A DNA stretch of 64,000 nucleotides from a virus: positions 88,209-152,208 of IMG/VR virus record IMGVR_UViG_3300049845_000291. One strand, 5' to 3'. The position numbers and the translations under genes are program-made. Within the stretch, counting starts at the first letter, position 1; every line of letters starts with the position of its first letter. This document shows positions 19,266 through 29,132 of this stretch, piece after piece. The notes under the pieces were generated by a model, which ran no database searches, had not been told where the DNA came from, and was given only the letters and a program-made list of their open reading frames with translations.

Positions 19266-20009
19266 TCATTTGCGCTCGAACCTCGACAAGATGTCCTTCC
19301 TGAACTTTTCCTCGGTGGAGCTCATCCACGACGCAGGCGCCACCCCGTCAGGTTCCAGGTACTCCATGATCGACATGTTGTGCGATCGGTTCAGGTACCA
19401 ACCGGCGGCCAGGTGCTTCGCCTCCTCGATCGCGTCGCCGCCCAACAGGATCGCGAACATCATGATCTCGCGGTTGAAGTGCGAGAGCTGCTCGTGCAGG
19501 TGGTCGCTGAGCTGATGCCAGGCCTCGACGTTGTCGACGCTCGCCAGCACCATGACCGTGTACAGGGTGACCAATCTGGACTGGATGACGGCGGCATTGC
19601 GTTTGGCCTGGCGGAACGCGCCCTCAACTGTGTTGGTCTCCGTTTTGTACGGTTGCTTGGTGCAACCGGCGCCCTTCAGGCGGTCCAGGGCGGCCTTCGG
19701 CATGTCGAAGTACGGGAGCGCGGTGCTCTTCGAGCCGTGAATCAACAGCTCGTCGAGCCACTCGTCGATGAACTGCATGTACGGGTCAGTTTCGTCCTTC
19801 ATGAACTTGGCGGGCCAATCGACCGAATTCATGATGGCATGACCTGAGACTGCGGCCAGCGAGTGCCGAGCCTTGAGCGCGAACTCCGGCAAGTTCCGTC
19901 GACCGACAAGATGCACACCGTTCAGGACGAACTTGAGCGCCTCGGACAGCAGGACGCAGCGGCCGATCAGCACCTGCCGATCGACCTGAGAGTTCAGGTA
20001 CTCGTTCAT
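19266..20009 (-). CDS. Hypothetical protein (247 aa)
   Basis: Long ORF, coupled start. Confidence 0.65.
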   Translation of the reverse strand: MNEYLNSQVDRQVLIGRCVLLSEALKFVLNGVHLVGRRNLPEFALKARHSLAAVSGHAIMNSVDWPAKFMKDETDPYMQFIDEWLDELLIHGSKSTALPYFDMPKAALDRLKGAGCTKQPYKTETNTVEGAFRQAKRNAAVIQSRLVTLYTVMVLASVDNVEAWHQLSDHLHEQLSHFNREIMMFAILLGGDAIEEAKHLAAGWYLNRSHNMSIMEYLEPDGVAPASWMSSTEEKFRKDILSRFERK

Positions 20010-20464
20010 GCGGCGACCTTGAAGAACAGCGGTTGTCGCGGGTCCATGTACTCGGTGTCGTACTTCTCGTCACCAGGGAAGTTGCCCTCCTTGTCAGGCA
20101 TCACGATCTGCACAACCGGTACCGTGGTGCCGTAGTACTGATCAGCCTGCACGAAGTACTCCGTGCGCATGAGATCCTCGTTCTCGTTCGTGCGCTTGAA
20201 CAGCACGGGGAGATTCGCCCAGCGCTCGTCCGGCAGATCGAACTGCAACGGCCAACCGTCACGGATCTTGGAGGCAACCTCGTTGATGATCACGCACGCC
20301 AGGTCGGGGCGCAGGCCGACGATCATGAGCTCGAAGCCGAAGGCCTTGTCGCTGAACAGCCCGATCGTGTACGCGAACGGGTGCTTGCCATCGGCAACCC
20401 CGATCACCGTGTGCCCGTAGGAGCTGATGTCTTCGAGAATCTTGGCCAAGAGTCGGTCGTGCAT
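20006..20464 (-). CDS. DUF4262-like protein
   Basis: GHTVIGV...PFAYTIGL...ELMIVGL...QIVMPDKEGNFP...QP pattern. Confidence 0.75.
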   Translation of the reverse strand: MHDRLLAKILEDISSYGHTVIGVADGKHPFAYTIGLFSDKAFGFELMIVGLRPDLACVIINEVASKIRDGWPLQFDLPDERWANLPVLFKRTNENEDLMRTEYFVQADQYYGTTVPVVQIVMPDKEGNFPGDEKYDTEYMDPRQPLFFKVAA

Positions 20465-20466
20465 GA

Positions 20467-20817
20467 TCAGTTCTCCGTCAAAAAGTCGACCAAAAAGTGC
20501 GCGTCATCAGCCGTCAGCATCACCATGTTGCCGCGCGCGGCCTTGGCTAAGCTGATCAAGGTGATGGCGCGCTCGGAACGAAACGCTGACGCCAGCTCAA
20601 TGTGCTTCAGGTCAGAGTTCCCGTTGCTCTTCATCCAGGAGTAGGCCTGCTCCCAGGTCTTGAAGCGGTTGCCGAACAAGGTGATTCGAGTCCCGACCAT
20701 GCTCTCGCACAGCTGTCTGACCTCAACCTCAGCGCTGGCTCGCTCCTCGGCGAGATAACGCTCGCAGGCCGCCCGCAGTCGCTCGGGCTCGATCACGGTG
20801 AAGCTCTTGATTCCCAT
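20467..20817 (-). CDS. Hypothetical protein
   Basis: Probable start MGIKSF overlapping the upstream stop. Confidence 0.6.
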   Translation of the reverse strand: MGIKSFTVIEPERLRAACERYLAEERASAEVEVRQLCESMVGTRITLFGNRFKTWEQAYSWMKSNGNSDLKHIELASAFRSERAITLISLAKAARGNMVMLTADDAHFLVDFLTEN

Positions 20818-21287
20818 CACGCCAACCTGAAGGACTTGAGGAGCTTGATGAAGCTGTACTCGCTGGAACCTTGACCCCAGTTCCTGTTGGCGGCTGGGTT
20901 GTCGACGTTCACGTGCTCGTACGCCTCCGGAATGTTGGTCAGGCCATCCATGATCGGGCGAACATCGTACAGCTCGGCGGGCACGACCACCGCCACTGCC
21001 GTGGTGGCGCACGCCAAGGACGGTCCATCTTCCTTGAAACGCACGACGGGCAGGGTGAGGGCGTTCTCGGCCAACACCTGCAGAGCGGTGTACAGGCCGT
21101 CCAGCTCCATGCTGTTCCCGCCGTTGCAGATGATGATGGTCTTGTGCTCATACGCCCAGCGCAGCGCCAGCTGTCGCTGGACCGTACGGTCCTCGTACTT
21201 GGTCAACATCTCGGAGACACAGTGCGCGGTCTGCAAACCGAGCTGCAGCTGCGACAGGTAGTAATTGGTGAAGGAGTACAGGCGCAT
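20817..21287 (-). CDS. Peptidyl-tRNA hydrolase 2 (PTH2)-like phage protein
   Basis: YLSQLQLGLQTAH, W...HKTIIICNGG, FKED..L....TAVAVV. Confidence 0.6.
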   Translation of the reverse strand: MRLYSFTNYYLSQLQLGLQTAHCVSEMLTKYEDRTVQRQLALRWAYEHKTIIICNGGNSMELDGLYTALQVLAENALTLPVVRFKEDGPSLACATTAVAVVVPAELYDVRPIMDGLTNIPEAYEHVNVDNPAANRNWGQGSSEYSFIKLLKSFRLA

Positions 21288-21736
21288 CACTTGTCCAGTT
21301 GTTGTTTCAAAGCTCGCTCTTGAATCTTTTGACGTTCGATCTTTTCCCACATGTCGGCGCAGTCGCTTTGGGTTTGCTTGATGTCGCCGACCGTGATTGG
21401 TCGTTGCCATTGCGCGGCACGGCGCACGATCGTGTTGTCAAAGCACGAGTCGGCCAGACGGGCTGCACGAATCTCCTCAGGCGTCGCATCACGTGTGAGA
21501 TGCCAGTTCCACATGAAAATGGAACCAAAGAAGAACACGATGACCTGTAAAATGGTGCCGCCCCAGAAACCGTCACTGCTCTTGTTCGCAAAGGTTCTAA
21601 ACCAAGCGCGATAGAACCAGAAGACCCAGACCGGCGGCAGCAGGTACATGATGAAAGTTAGCACCTTCGTGATGACCAGCATCAGCCGCCTGGATCGTCT
21701 GATCCAGAGACGCTGGGTTGCAATCGACATCGACAT
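21287..21736 (-). CDS. Membrane protein
   Basis: Two hydrophobic helices. Confidence 0.6.
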   Translation of the reverse strand: MSMSIATQRLWIRRSRRLMLVITKVLTFIMYLLPPVWVFWFYRAWFRTFANKSSDGFWGGTILQVIVFFFGSIFMWNWHLTRDATPEEIRAARLADSCFDNTIVRRAAQWQRPITVGDIKQTQSDCADMWEKIERQKIQERALKQQLDK

Positions 21737-21918
21737 CACTTGTCCTTGAAGAACTTCGTGCCAAGCAGCGCGTTCACGGCAATCGATGCCACGATGATCA
21801 CGAAGGCCACCAGTGCGCCAAGGAGCATTCCATGTACAGGTCGACCGAAGACCAAGCCGGCCACACCGGTCAGCACCATCCAAAGGACAACGAAGGCGGT
21901 GATGAACGTGCGGTTCAC
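21736..21918 (-). CDS. Small membrane protein
   Basis: 60 aa, two transmembrane-like segments. Confidence 0.6.
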   Translation of the reverse strand: MNRTFITAFVVLWMVLTGVAGLVFGRPVHGMLLGALVAFVIIVASIAVNALLGTKFFKDK

Positions 21919-21919
21919 A

Positions 21920-22246
21920 TCAGTCTCCCGAGTCGATGTCGAAAGTCGAGTGACAATGCTTGCATGTGTACACCGTGTAGCACCTGCCAGCGCTGCGACC
22001 CGTGTATTCGTGCAGACAGCCTTGGTCTGTCCCTGGCCTGGTCTTGGTGTACCCCAAGGCCTTCATGGACATGGTCTGTCCGCCGCAGTTGTCGCAGGTC
22101 TTGGTGTCGGTATCGGGATCGTAGTATGACAGACCGCCCTTCCAGGTCCGCATCCAGGCGTCGCCATCCGCCAACTTGACGCGCGTCGTGCCATTGCACG
22201 CAGGACAGACCGAGCAGCCTTTGGGGATTTCCAGGTTCGGGTTCAT
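21920..22246 (-). CDS. Zinc-finger protein (DnaJ CxxCxG-like)
   Basis: CPACNG, CDNCGG, C-H, CKHC. Confidence 0.65.
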   Translation of the reverse strand: MNPNLEIPKGCSVCPACNGTTRVKLADGDAWMRTWKGGLSYYDPDTDTKTCDNCGGQTMSMKALGYTKTRPGTDQGCLHEYTGRSAGRCYTVYTCKHCHSTFDIDSGD

Positions 22247-23634
22247 TCGGTCACCACCACGTCAAAGATCGCATGGTCATTGTACAGCTGCTTGAAGAAC
22301 CAGTGGTACTCTTCAGGGGTTCGAGCTTCGAGGACCCTCGCGTGAATCGGGTCAGGGTAGCGATTGCTCGTGTACTGCTGGTGTCCACCATACGTATTCG
22401 TGAATGAGGTCTCAAAGTCGTGGTTGACGGCGACAGCCCTGAGGGAGTTTTCCTCGAGAATCGCCGGCAGCGCGTACGCGACCTTACGCCGCCAACCTCG
22501 GAAGGTACTGCCACCAAGCGTTCCCATGTCGCTGTACAGTTGGTCCTGGATCACGAAGACGGCACCAGCACTCGGCCACCAGCCATAGTCTGACCAGTTG
22601 TCATGCGGCAGCTTTGCCATGGCGGCCTGCACGCGCTTCCAGCGCTCTTCCGTCCACGGTCGGAGCTTGAGCACTGGGTTCTTGATCGGCTTGGCGGACA
22701 AGGTGACCCAAGCCGCGGTGGTTGCCGAGCTCGCAAAGAACACCGAGCACTCGTGTAGCCTTGCGATGTTTGGCGCGCCATTGAGTACCAGGTCATTTGC
22801 CGGGGGTGCTTCATCGAGCTCCTTGGCAAATGATGCTTGTCGGTAAAGTACCACCGCCGGCGTCTCACCGATCTCACGCTGGTCATTCACATCCTCGCTC
22901 AAGCGCACGATGGCCTCGTACTTGACACTGGGTTTGGCCGCGTACTTGTACATCCAGGCGGTGGCTGGCCGGAGCTGCTTGGCGCCATCGATCTCTGGGA
23001 AATGGACCTTAGCCTCGGCCACGTCCTTGTCGACGTAGTTCACGATGGAGGCATGGACCTCGCCGATGAACAGCGCCACCGTGCCGTCCTGCATTAGGTA
23101 CAGCTTGCCGGGTTGACGGGTCTTCAGGTTCGCCGGGCGCTTGAGCTCCTCAGCGGCCTTGATGGCGTTCTGGTACTCCTCGGAGTTCTCGTGCAGCAGC
23201 ACGTTGTCGCCACCCGACCTGGCCAGGATGCACTTGCCGGGGATCAAGCCGCCCGCCTGCAGACCACAGGTCTGGATCAGCGCCATCAGGTTTCGAGACT
23301 GGATCTCGAGCTCGTACCCCAGCGGATCCATGACACGCCAGACCACGTTCCCTCCACCCCAGTACGTGCGCTTGATGTCGTCGGTGATGACCCATCCCGC
23401 ACGCAGCTCGTTGTCCAGGACCTTGAGCTCGCCGTTCTTGGCCTGTTGACCCCAACCCAAGGTCCAGTTCTTGACGGTCTCCTGGCGCTTGCGACCCGCG
23501 GCGTTGTCCTCATACGGGGTCGCAAACCCAAGCGGTGCCTCTCCCGCGTTGTGCTTGATCCCCACATAGAGCTTGGAGAAGATCTTGAGCGCGGCATTGC
23601 GCTCGTACTGGAAGCTGTACAGAACTTGCGTCAT
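22243..23634 (-). CDS. Conserved large-phage hypothetical protein
   Basis: PLGFATPYE...VMDPLGYELEI...NL..LI N-terminal domain. Confidence 0.7.
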   Translation of the reverse strand: MTQVLYSFQYERNAALKIFSKLYVGIKHNAGEAPLGFATPYEDNAAGRKRQETVKNWTLGWGQQAKNGELKVLDNELRAGWVITDDIKRTYWGGGNVVWRVMDPLGYELEIQSRNLMALIQTCGLQAGGLIPGKCILARSGGDNVLLHENSEEYQNAIKAAEELKRPANLKTRQPGKLYLMQDGTVALFIGEVHASIVNYVDKDVAEAKVHFPEIDGAKQLRPATAWMYKYAAKPSVKYEAIVRLSEDVNDQREIGETPAVVLYRQASFAKELDEAPPANDLVLNGAPNIARLHECSVFFASSATTAAWVTLSAKPIKNPVLKLRPWTEERWKRVQAAMAKLPHDNWSDYGWWPSAGAVFVIQDQLYSDMGTLGGSTFRGWRRKVAYALPAILEENSLRAVAVNHDFETSFTNTYGGHQQYTSNRYPDPIHARVLEARTPEEYHWFFKQLYNDHAIFDVVVTE

Positions 23635-23674
23635 GAGTGGGCGAAGAATACAGGCATTAGGTGACAAATAGCGT

Positions 23675-24220
23675 TCAGAGCGGCCGTAGGGTCAGTGGCC
23701 GCTCGTCTTCTGGCTTGCTGTTCAGCAACACGTACGGGGCCAGTTTTGGGGGCGGCTCGGACGGCTCCTCGGCGACGATAGGGGCCTCAGGCGACACCGA
23801 ACCGACGACGGTGATAGGGCCCTCATCGGCCGAGCTGGTGTCACCGGCCCACTCCAGGTACACGTCGAAATCGACGTACGACCCATCACGCGGCAGCAGC
23901 TCGTCCGGGATCTCGTCCGGTGTCAGCTCCTGGCCCTCGGTCACGTCGTACACGAACTGGTTGGCTTGGACCTTGAAGACCTGCCGGGCCGTGAGGATCG
24001 CGTTACGCAAGGTGATGGCCTCGTCCAGCTTCTTGGACAGGACCTTGACGAGCGTCTCATGCGTCACGGGCACGACCAGCCAGGTCACGAACTCCGTGGT
24101 CTCGTCCTGCCAGATCATCAGAAAGTTCTGCTCGATCGTGGGATCGACCCAGTGCTCGAGCAGTGGTCGATCGTAGTACGACAGCGTCTCAACGTGCTTC
24201 AGGGTTTCAGCGAACTTCAT
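23675..24220 (-). CDS. Hypothetical protein
   Basis: Acidic ORF with YYDRPLL motif. Confidence 0.6.
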   Translation of the reverse strand: MKFAETLKHVETLSYYDRPLLEHWVDPTIEQNFLMIWQDETTEFVTWLVVPVTHETLVKVLSKKLDEAITLRNAILTARQVFKVQANQFVYDVTEGQELTPDEIPDELLPRDGSYVDFDVYLEWAGDTSSADEGPITVVGSVSPEAPIVAEEPSEPPPKLAPYVLLNSKPEDERPLTLRPL

Positions 24221-24429
24221 GTGATCTCCACCGTCCTCATGCACAGCGCCAGGACCTCATCGTACGACCTGCACTTCAGCGCCGCCGCGGAGAACTCCTT
24301 GGCCGCTTCCTTGTGGCCGGCGCGCTTGAGCGCCATGCTCACGGTGCCGATGATCGAGAACACGTTCCCGTCAGAGTTCGAGAGCTGGACCTCGATGTCA
24401 GGGAACTTGATGTCGGTGCTGTCACTCAC
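24217..24429 (-). CDS. Conserved small phage protein
   Basis: DGNVFSIIG.V..ALKRAG...SYDEVL motif. Confidence 0.65.
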   Translation of the reverse strand: MSDSTDIKFPDIEVQLSNSDGNVFSIIGTVSMALKRAGHKEAAKEFSAAALKCRSYDEVLALCMRTVEIT

Positions 24430-25961
24430 TTGGACTCCTTCTTCGGCAGCTCGATCAACACGAGCTCAGACTTCGCGCGGGTTGCCGCAACGTAGCACAG
24501 GTTGTTTTCCTGCTCGACCTCCCAGGCCTGACGAGCCCAGGCGCTGGGGCCAGATTGCAGCCACACAACGCGGTTCCACTCGCGGCCCTTGCTCTTGTGG
24601 ATCGAGCTGAACAGCACGGCCTTGGCGTCACCTTCCTCGGTGAAGATCGCGTCGATCTCTTGGCAGACACGGTCGACGGGGTTGGCGCAGTCCGGATCGA
24701 TGGCCAGCACTCGATTCACGATCGTGACCAGGCAGTTCACCTTGTCCTCGACCGCGGCGGCCTTGGCCTCCTGCTCCTTGACACGGTACTTGGCGGACTC
24801 GCGCTCCGAGTACGTGGCGAGCTTATCCAGCAGCGCGGTCAGCTTCTTGACCTTCCAGCGACGCGCCAGAACCTTCAGCCCGTTCCCGATCTCGCGGCCT
24901 TCGACCTTGGCGGGGATGCCAGCGGCGATGAACTTGTACACGTACTCGAGCAGCGGCGCGTTGAAGCGGCACAGGATGGCATCACCAGGCGTCGCGACAT
25001 TCGACAGGTTCTCGATCGTGTCGGTCTTGACGGTGCCGTCCGGCGCGCTGTCGGCGGCTTGGATGTGGTTCACCCACTGTTGAGCGTACGTGACGACGCT
25101 CTTGGGGCAGCGGAACGTCGTGGTCAGCGGCAGCTGCTTGGCGTTCACGGCCTTGGCGATCAGATCGAGGCTGTCGGCGTCGGCACCGGTGAAGCCGTAG
25201 ATCGCTTGGTGACGATCACCGACAGCGACCAGGCGGCCGCCTCGCTTCAGCATCCGCAGGGCGAGCAGGCGACGCGTCTCGTTCGTGTCCTGGGCTTCGT
25301 CGATCAGCACCCAGTCATGTTCGAACATGCGCACGTTGTGCACGAGCGGCGCGTAGATCATGTCGTCGAAGTCCACGACCTCGGTGTCGCGCTCGATCGA
25401 GCGCGCCAGGGTCTTGCGCGCGAGCTGGATGATCAGGCGGGAGTTGTCGACACCGGTGTCCTCATCGTACACCTCGACGTCGAAGTGCTCGACCAGGTCC
25501 ATCCAGACGTTGAAGTCCTCGGCACGCTTGGTCAGACCGACACCGGCTTGCTTGGCCAGCGAGACCAGCTGCAGGACGGGGCCTTCGAAGTTCTTGTACC
25601 CGGCTTCGGGGTTGCGCTCGCACGCGGCGCGGAAGATCTCGCGGCACTTGTACCCGTCGACCTGCACCTTCGGTGCAGCGCGGCGCCAGGCCTTGAAACC
25701 GGCGGCGTGCATCGTGCTGATGAACAGGCCTTGACGCTGCGGCGCACGGGCTTGGATCTCCTCGGCGATCTTCTTGTTGTACGCACCGAAGAAGATCGAG
25801 CCGTTCATCAGGCTCAGACCGTGGATCAGGGTGCTGGTCTTACCAGCACCAGCGACCGCTTCGAGGATGCAGGACCCGATGCCGTTGATGATCCAGTCGA
25901 AGAAGACCGACTGCTGCGGCGAGGGTTGGAAGACTGCGGCGATGGCGTTCGGCGTATGCAT
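24426..25961 (-). CDS. UvrD/Rep-family SF1 helicase
   Basis: EAVAGAGKTS, DFDDM, LIDEAQD, VGDRHQAIYGFTGA, TFRCP, SIHKSKGREW, YVAATRAK. Confidence 0.93.
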   Translation of the reverse strand: MHTPNAIAAVFQPSPQQSVFFDWIINGIGSCILEAVAGAGKTSTLIHGLSLMNGSIFFGAYNKKIAEEIQARAPQRQGLFISTMHAAGFKAWRRAAPKVQVDGYKCREIFRAACERNPEAGYKNFEGPVLQLVSLAKQAGVGLTKRAEDFNVWMDLVEHFDVEVYDEDTGVDNSRLIIQLARKTLARSIERDTEVVDFDDMIYAPLVHNVRMFEHDWVLIDEAQDTNETRRLLALRMLKRGGRLVAVGDRHQAIYGFTGADADSLDLIAKAVNAKQLPLTTTFRCPKSVVTYAQQWVNHIQAADSAPDGTVKTDTIENLSNVATPGDAILCRFNAPLLEYVYKFIAAGIPAKVEGREIGNGLKVLARRWKVKKLTALLDKLATYSERESAKYRVKEQEAKAAAVEDKVNCLVTIVNRVLAIDPDCANPVDRVCQEIDAIFTEEGDAKAVLFSSIHKSKGREWNRVVWLQSGPSAWARQAWEVEQENNLCYVAATRAKSELVLIELPKKESK

Positions 25962-25968
25962 GACCTGC

Positions 25969-26017
25969 ATCATACCACGCCGGTCGGTCAACCTGTAACG
26001 ACTCCCCGGCCGTTACA
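25969..26017 (-). promoter_or_regulatory. Extended -10 TGgTATGAT plus upstream palindrome TGTAACG-N10-CGTTACA
   Basis: Shares acctgtaacgac with the element at 16900. Confidence 0.6.
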
Positions 26018-26543
26018 ACTTGACGGTGTTGTGCAGCGAGGCGGCGCGACGATCGAAGTAGTACGCGTCTTTGCCGGTTTTGATTGGTCGCCCCGGTGCG
26101 TTCAAGAGCTTCTTGAACGAGATCGCGCCCTTGTACTTAACCTCCTGATGCGAGGGGCTCGTGTACTCGAAGGAATGGATCAAGACGTCGCCACCGTCCT
26201 TCACGATGTTGCTCCAGCACACATGCTCGTCCCAGGCGATGGTGTGGGTGCCGCTCAAGATGAGCTTTCCTCCCTGGCAGAACCAAGTCGCGGCCTTGTC
26301 GTCTTCAAGGATGCCATTCACGATACGGTCGTAGTTCGCCTTGCCAAACGACGGCTCAAAGGGCACCCCACGCCTGATGAGCTCCATGCTGTGCTCGTAC
26401 TCAACGGCGAGACCCAATCGCCAGCGACCTTTGCGCTCCTCGTTCAAGATCCTGTGCGCTTGAGCCCAGAGCTCAGTTTCTTCGTTCGCGAGCTCTACCG
26501 CATCGTTGGTGATCGGCAGGATTTCGTTGTACTGCAGCCTCAC
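26013..26543 (-). CDS. Hypothetical protein
   Basis: GTGA-coupled to the methyltransferase gene. Confidence 0.6.
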   Translation of the reverse strand: MRLQYNEILPITNDAVELANEETELWAQAHRILNEERKGRWRLGLAVEYEHSMELIRRGVPFEPSFGKANYDRIVNGILEDDKAATWFCQGGKLILSGTHTIAWDEHVCWSNIVKDGGDVLIHSFEYTSPSHQEVKYKGAISFKKLLNAPGRPIKTGKDAYYFDRRAASLHNTVKL

Positions 26544-27358
26544 GCTTGAGCTCGACGGCGCCAGATCTTTGGCATCCGATTGAAGCCGTCAAAGACCTTG
26601 TCGAAATGCATCTCGATCGCCTTAGTGGTGATACGGCGGGCCTGTCGAAAGCCAACCAATCCATGCCCCTCGATATCGTACGTGTCGAAGTGCCCGATGT
26701 TTTCCGAGCTGCCATTAAAGCCGGAGCTCTCGGCCAAGTAACCACCAGGCTTCACGAGCCTGAGCAGCTCTCTCACGTGTGCCAGAGGATCGGTGTAGTG
26801 CTCAAGCACCTCGAATGACAACACCAGGTCGTATTGCTTCTCTGGAAAGGTGCTGTGCAGCTTAACGGGTGGCAGTCCGAAAAACTGCAGGGCGTGCTGC
26901 ATGTACCTCGCCTGCGCCTCGTTATCGTTGAAAGCCTCGATTTTCTCGAAGCCATTGAGCTTCATGTGCGCCGTCGTAAGACCGCAACCGTTATACATGT
27001 CTAGCACGTCCATCTCGGCCGGCTTTGCCCCCTCGTACCAGATCCCTTGAGTCACCCTGGTGTCAATAACACGGCCACCAATGACGTTTCCAGGCTTGTG
27101 GCGCCCGAAGTACTTGATTACCCCACCTGTGCAGGCCTTCGACTTCTCGAAGCAATGGATGCCCTCGTAGTTGTACTGCGGATCTCGATACACCGAGTAG
27201 TCCGGCCGACCTGACTTCAGGGACGCGGTCCATTGGTCATGCAGGCGACTCTTGATCGTGAACATGTCGTCCTCAAGGTCAGCGTAAGTCTCGTACGACG
27301 TTCCTTCGAACGCGTTTGTGAGCTCGACGATTTCCTTCGGCGAGATGTTCGTTGTCAT
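26540..27358 (-). CDS. Class I SAM-dependent methyltransferase
   Basis: VLDMYNGCG motif I; YDLVLSFEVLEH..DP......L.RLVKPGGYL. Confidence 0.85.
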   Translation of the reverse strand: MTTNISPKEIVELTNAFEGTSYETYADLEDDMFTIKSRLHDQWTASLKSGRPDYSVYRDPQYNYEGIHCFEKSKACTGGVIKYFGRHKPGNVIGGRVIDTRVTQGIWYEGAKPAEMDVLDMYNGCGLTTAHMKLNGFEKIEAFNDNEAQARYMQHALQFFGLPPVKLHSTFPEKQYDLVLSFEVLEHYTDPLAHVRELLRLVKPGGYLAESSGFNGSSENIGHFDTYDIEGHGLVGFRQARRITTKAIEMHFDKVFDGFNRMPKIWRRRAQA

Positions 27359-27360
27359 AG

Positions 27361-27846
27361 TCAGCGTCTTTGGAAGGTTGGTGCAGCCAGCTTCATCTTT
27401 GGCAGCTTAGCTTGCAGCTTCAGGATGTGGCGCTCCATCTCGAGAATCAGATCTTCCTTGGTCTGCACGCCGTAGAACCGCATCAAGCGCTCGAGGTCAC
27501 GGTCCTCGAGTGTCGGCCCGATGAGCTCTTCGTTCTGGATCGTGTTCGTTTCTGGGGTGCCTTCGATCGGATCGATGTACCAGATCTTCGATACCCCTGG
27601 CCCATCGGGGACCGCCAAGCACTCCGTCTCGTACGTGCCGTACATGGAGCGGTGATAGAACGTGTGCGTGCTCTGCACCAGGTGCAGCTGGTCCAGATGC
27701 ACACGACGCTCAACCTCACCAGAGTCGTACTGATCGGGCGATCGAACGATAGCAAAGCCGCCCTCCAACGATCGACCTCGATGAGCAGCTCGTCCATCAT
27801 CCCAGGATCTCGTTGAACTCAAAGAGCTCGAAGGTCTCATGTCCAC
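27361..27846 (-). CDS. Hypothetical protein (start uncertain, possibly MYGTYE)
   Basis: C-terminal half looks coding; a competing ORF lies at 27483-27800. Confidence 0.4.
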   Translation of the reverse strand: MDMRPSSSLSSTRSWDDGRAAHRGRSLEGGFAIVRSPDQYDSGEVERRVHLDQLHLVQSTHTFYHRSMYGTYETECLAVPDGPGVSKIWYIDPIEGTPETNTIQNEELIGPTLEDRDLERLMRFYGVQTKEDLILEMERHILKLQAKLPKMKLAAPTFQRR

Positions 27847-28075
27847 GACAGCGCTGGTTCACGAACCCAGCGATTTCTCTTCTTGCGTGGTTTAACCGCC
27901 CGCCATCGAGGAACCGATTGACATTCTTACGTAGCTCCACCAGCTCGTGGCCGATGCCCCATCCTTCGGTGACCTTCTCGATGTTCTCGACGATCTTGAG
28001 CAGCTCTTCCCGCCCACTGGCTCGGTACAGCCTCACGTTCCCATACGACATCCAGACCAGGATCAATTGAACCAC
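27797..28075 (-). CDS. Hypothetical protein
   Basis: Overlap-coupled ORF. Confidence 0.5.
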   Translation of the reverse strand: MVQLILVWMSYGNVRLYRASGREELLKIVENIEKVTEGWGIGHELVELRKNVNRFLDGGRLNHARREIAGFVNQRCRGHETFELFEFNEILG

Positions 28076-28629
28076 CTCGGACGCTTAGAGTCACCAGTCA
28101 TGCGGTTCCACTGACGGAACCACCCCTCAACCTGAACCATCAGAACACGATCGTTCTGGTTATGAGCTTGTGATTCGAGCTCGGTCATCATCGTCCAGAA
28201 CGAGCTGATCACGTCCTTATGCATGGACGGTTTGATCTTGTTCAGCTCGATCGCACCACCCTGCCGGCCTTGAACCAAGAGGAACTGCGATGCGTTCAGC
28301 CACTTGGTGACGCGAATCGCGCGTTCGGCGATCGGCAGGATCTGTGATCCCCGCAGCTTCTTGCCCTGATGCCATTGATCATTGTCCATGCGGAGCGCGA
28401 TCCAGACGTCAAACGACTCATCTTCCTGATTGAAGGTCTGGAACGATTTGAAGTACTTTGCGGGGTGCCAATCTCTGGTCCAGTCATTGATCCTGACGAT
28501 GTCGCTCGTGAGACGGCGGTCAATTGTGCCAAGAAGACGCAGCATGATCACCCCGTACTGCTGGTGATGGAACTGCTTCAGCGGCGCCGCGTCACCAACC
28601 AACCGCTCCTCGGCCAGCCCGGTGTTCAC
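28063..28629 (-). CDS. Hypothetical protein
   Basis: GTGA-coupled ORF. Confidence 0.55.
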   Translation of the reverse strand: MNTGLAEERLVGDAAPLKQFHHQQYGVIMLRLLGTIDRRLTSDIVRINDWTRDWHPAKYFKSFQTFNQEDESFDVWIALRMDNDQWHQGKKLRGSQILPIAERAIRVTKWLNASQFLLVQGRQGGAIELNKIKPSMHKDVISSFWTMMTELESQAHNQNDRVLMVQVEGWFRQWNRMTGDSKRPRWFN

Positions 28630-29132
28630 AGCAGCTCCTGCAGCTCAGCGACCAGGCTCTCGATGCGCAGCGCATTCCTCGAGCGCAGCGCCTTCGTGGG
28701 GTACACGACCTTCTCCTTGGAGACCAGGATCGATCCCTCGGGCGGCGTCAGGAAGTCTACCAGGTCGAGCGCGCAGTCGTACACGTCCTGCAGCCCAGCG
28801 GCGTGGCCTTCGGACCAGGCCTTCGAGTACAGCAGCTCTCGCATCGGGTGCTGCTCGATGTCGAGGTCCTTGAAGAGATCATGCTTGAAGCGTTCGTACA
28901 TCTCGCGCTCCAGCGTCGCGTACTTCTCGCGCGCGGCCTTGAAGGCCTGCTCGTCGACGACGGTCTCGACGACGCAGTGCTTCAGGTCCGGGCCGAGGGT
29001 CTGCTTGCGCACCGGGACCTTGTCGCCGGGGTTCTGTTGCCAGCACAGCACGCCGCGGTTGTACCAGTACTTGGTCTGGAAGGCCGACTTGGACGGGTAG
29101 TCCATCGGGACCTTGTAGTCCTTGAAGTTCAT
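28626..29132 (-). CDS. Conserved phage hypothetical protein
   Basis: FKHDL...LYSKAWSEGHAAG motif. Confidence 0.6.
   Translation of the reverse strand: MNFKDYKVPMDYPSKSAFQTKYWYNRGVLCWQQNPGDKVPVRKQTLGPDLKHCVVETVVDEQAFKAAREKYATLEREMYERFKHDLFKDLDIEQHPMRELLYSKAWSEGHAAGLQDVYDCALDLVDFLTPPEGSILVSKEKVVYPTKALRSRNALRIESLVAELQELL

Noticed and set aside
24555-26549. 664-aa plus-strand ORF, and similar long antisense ORFs (15202-16320, 32715-33614, 34626-35726)
   Set aside because: These are shadows of GC-rich minus-strand genes with clear family motifs. They have no motifs or RBS of their own.
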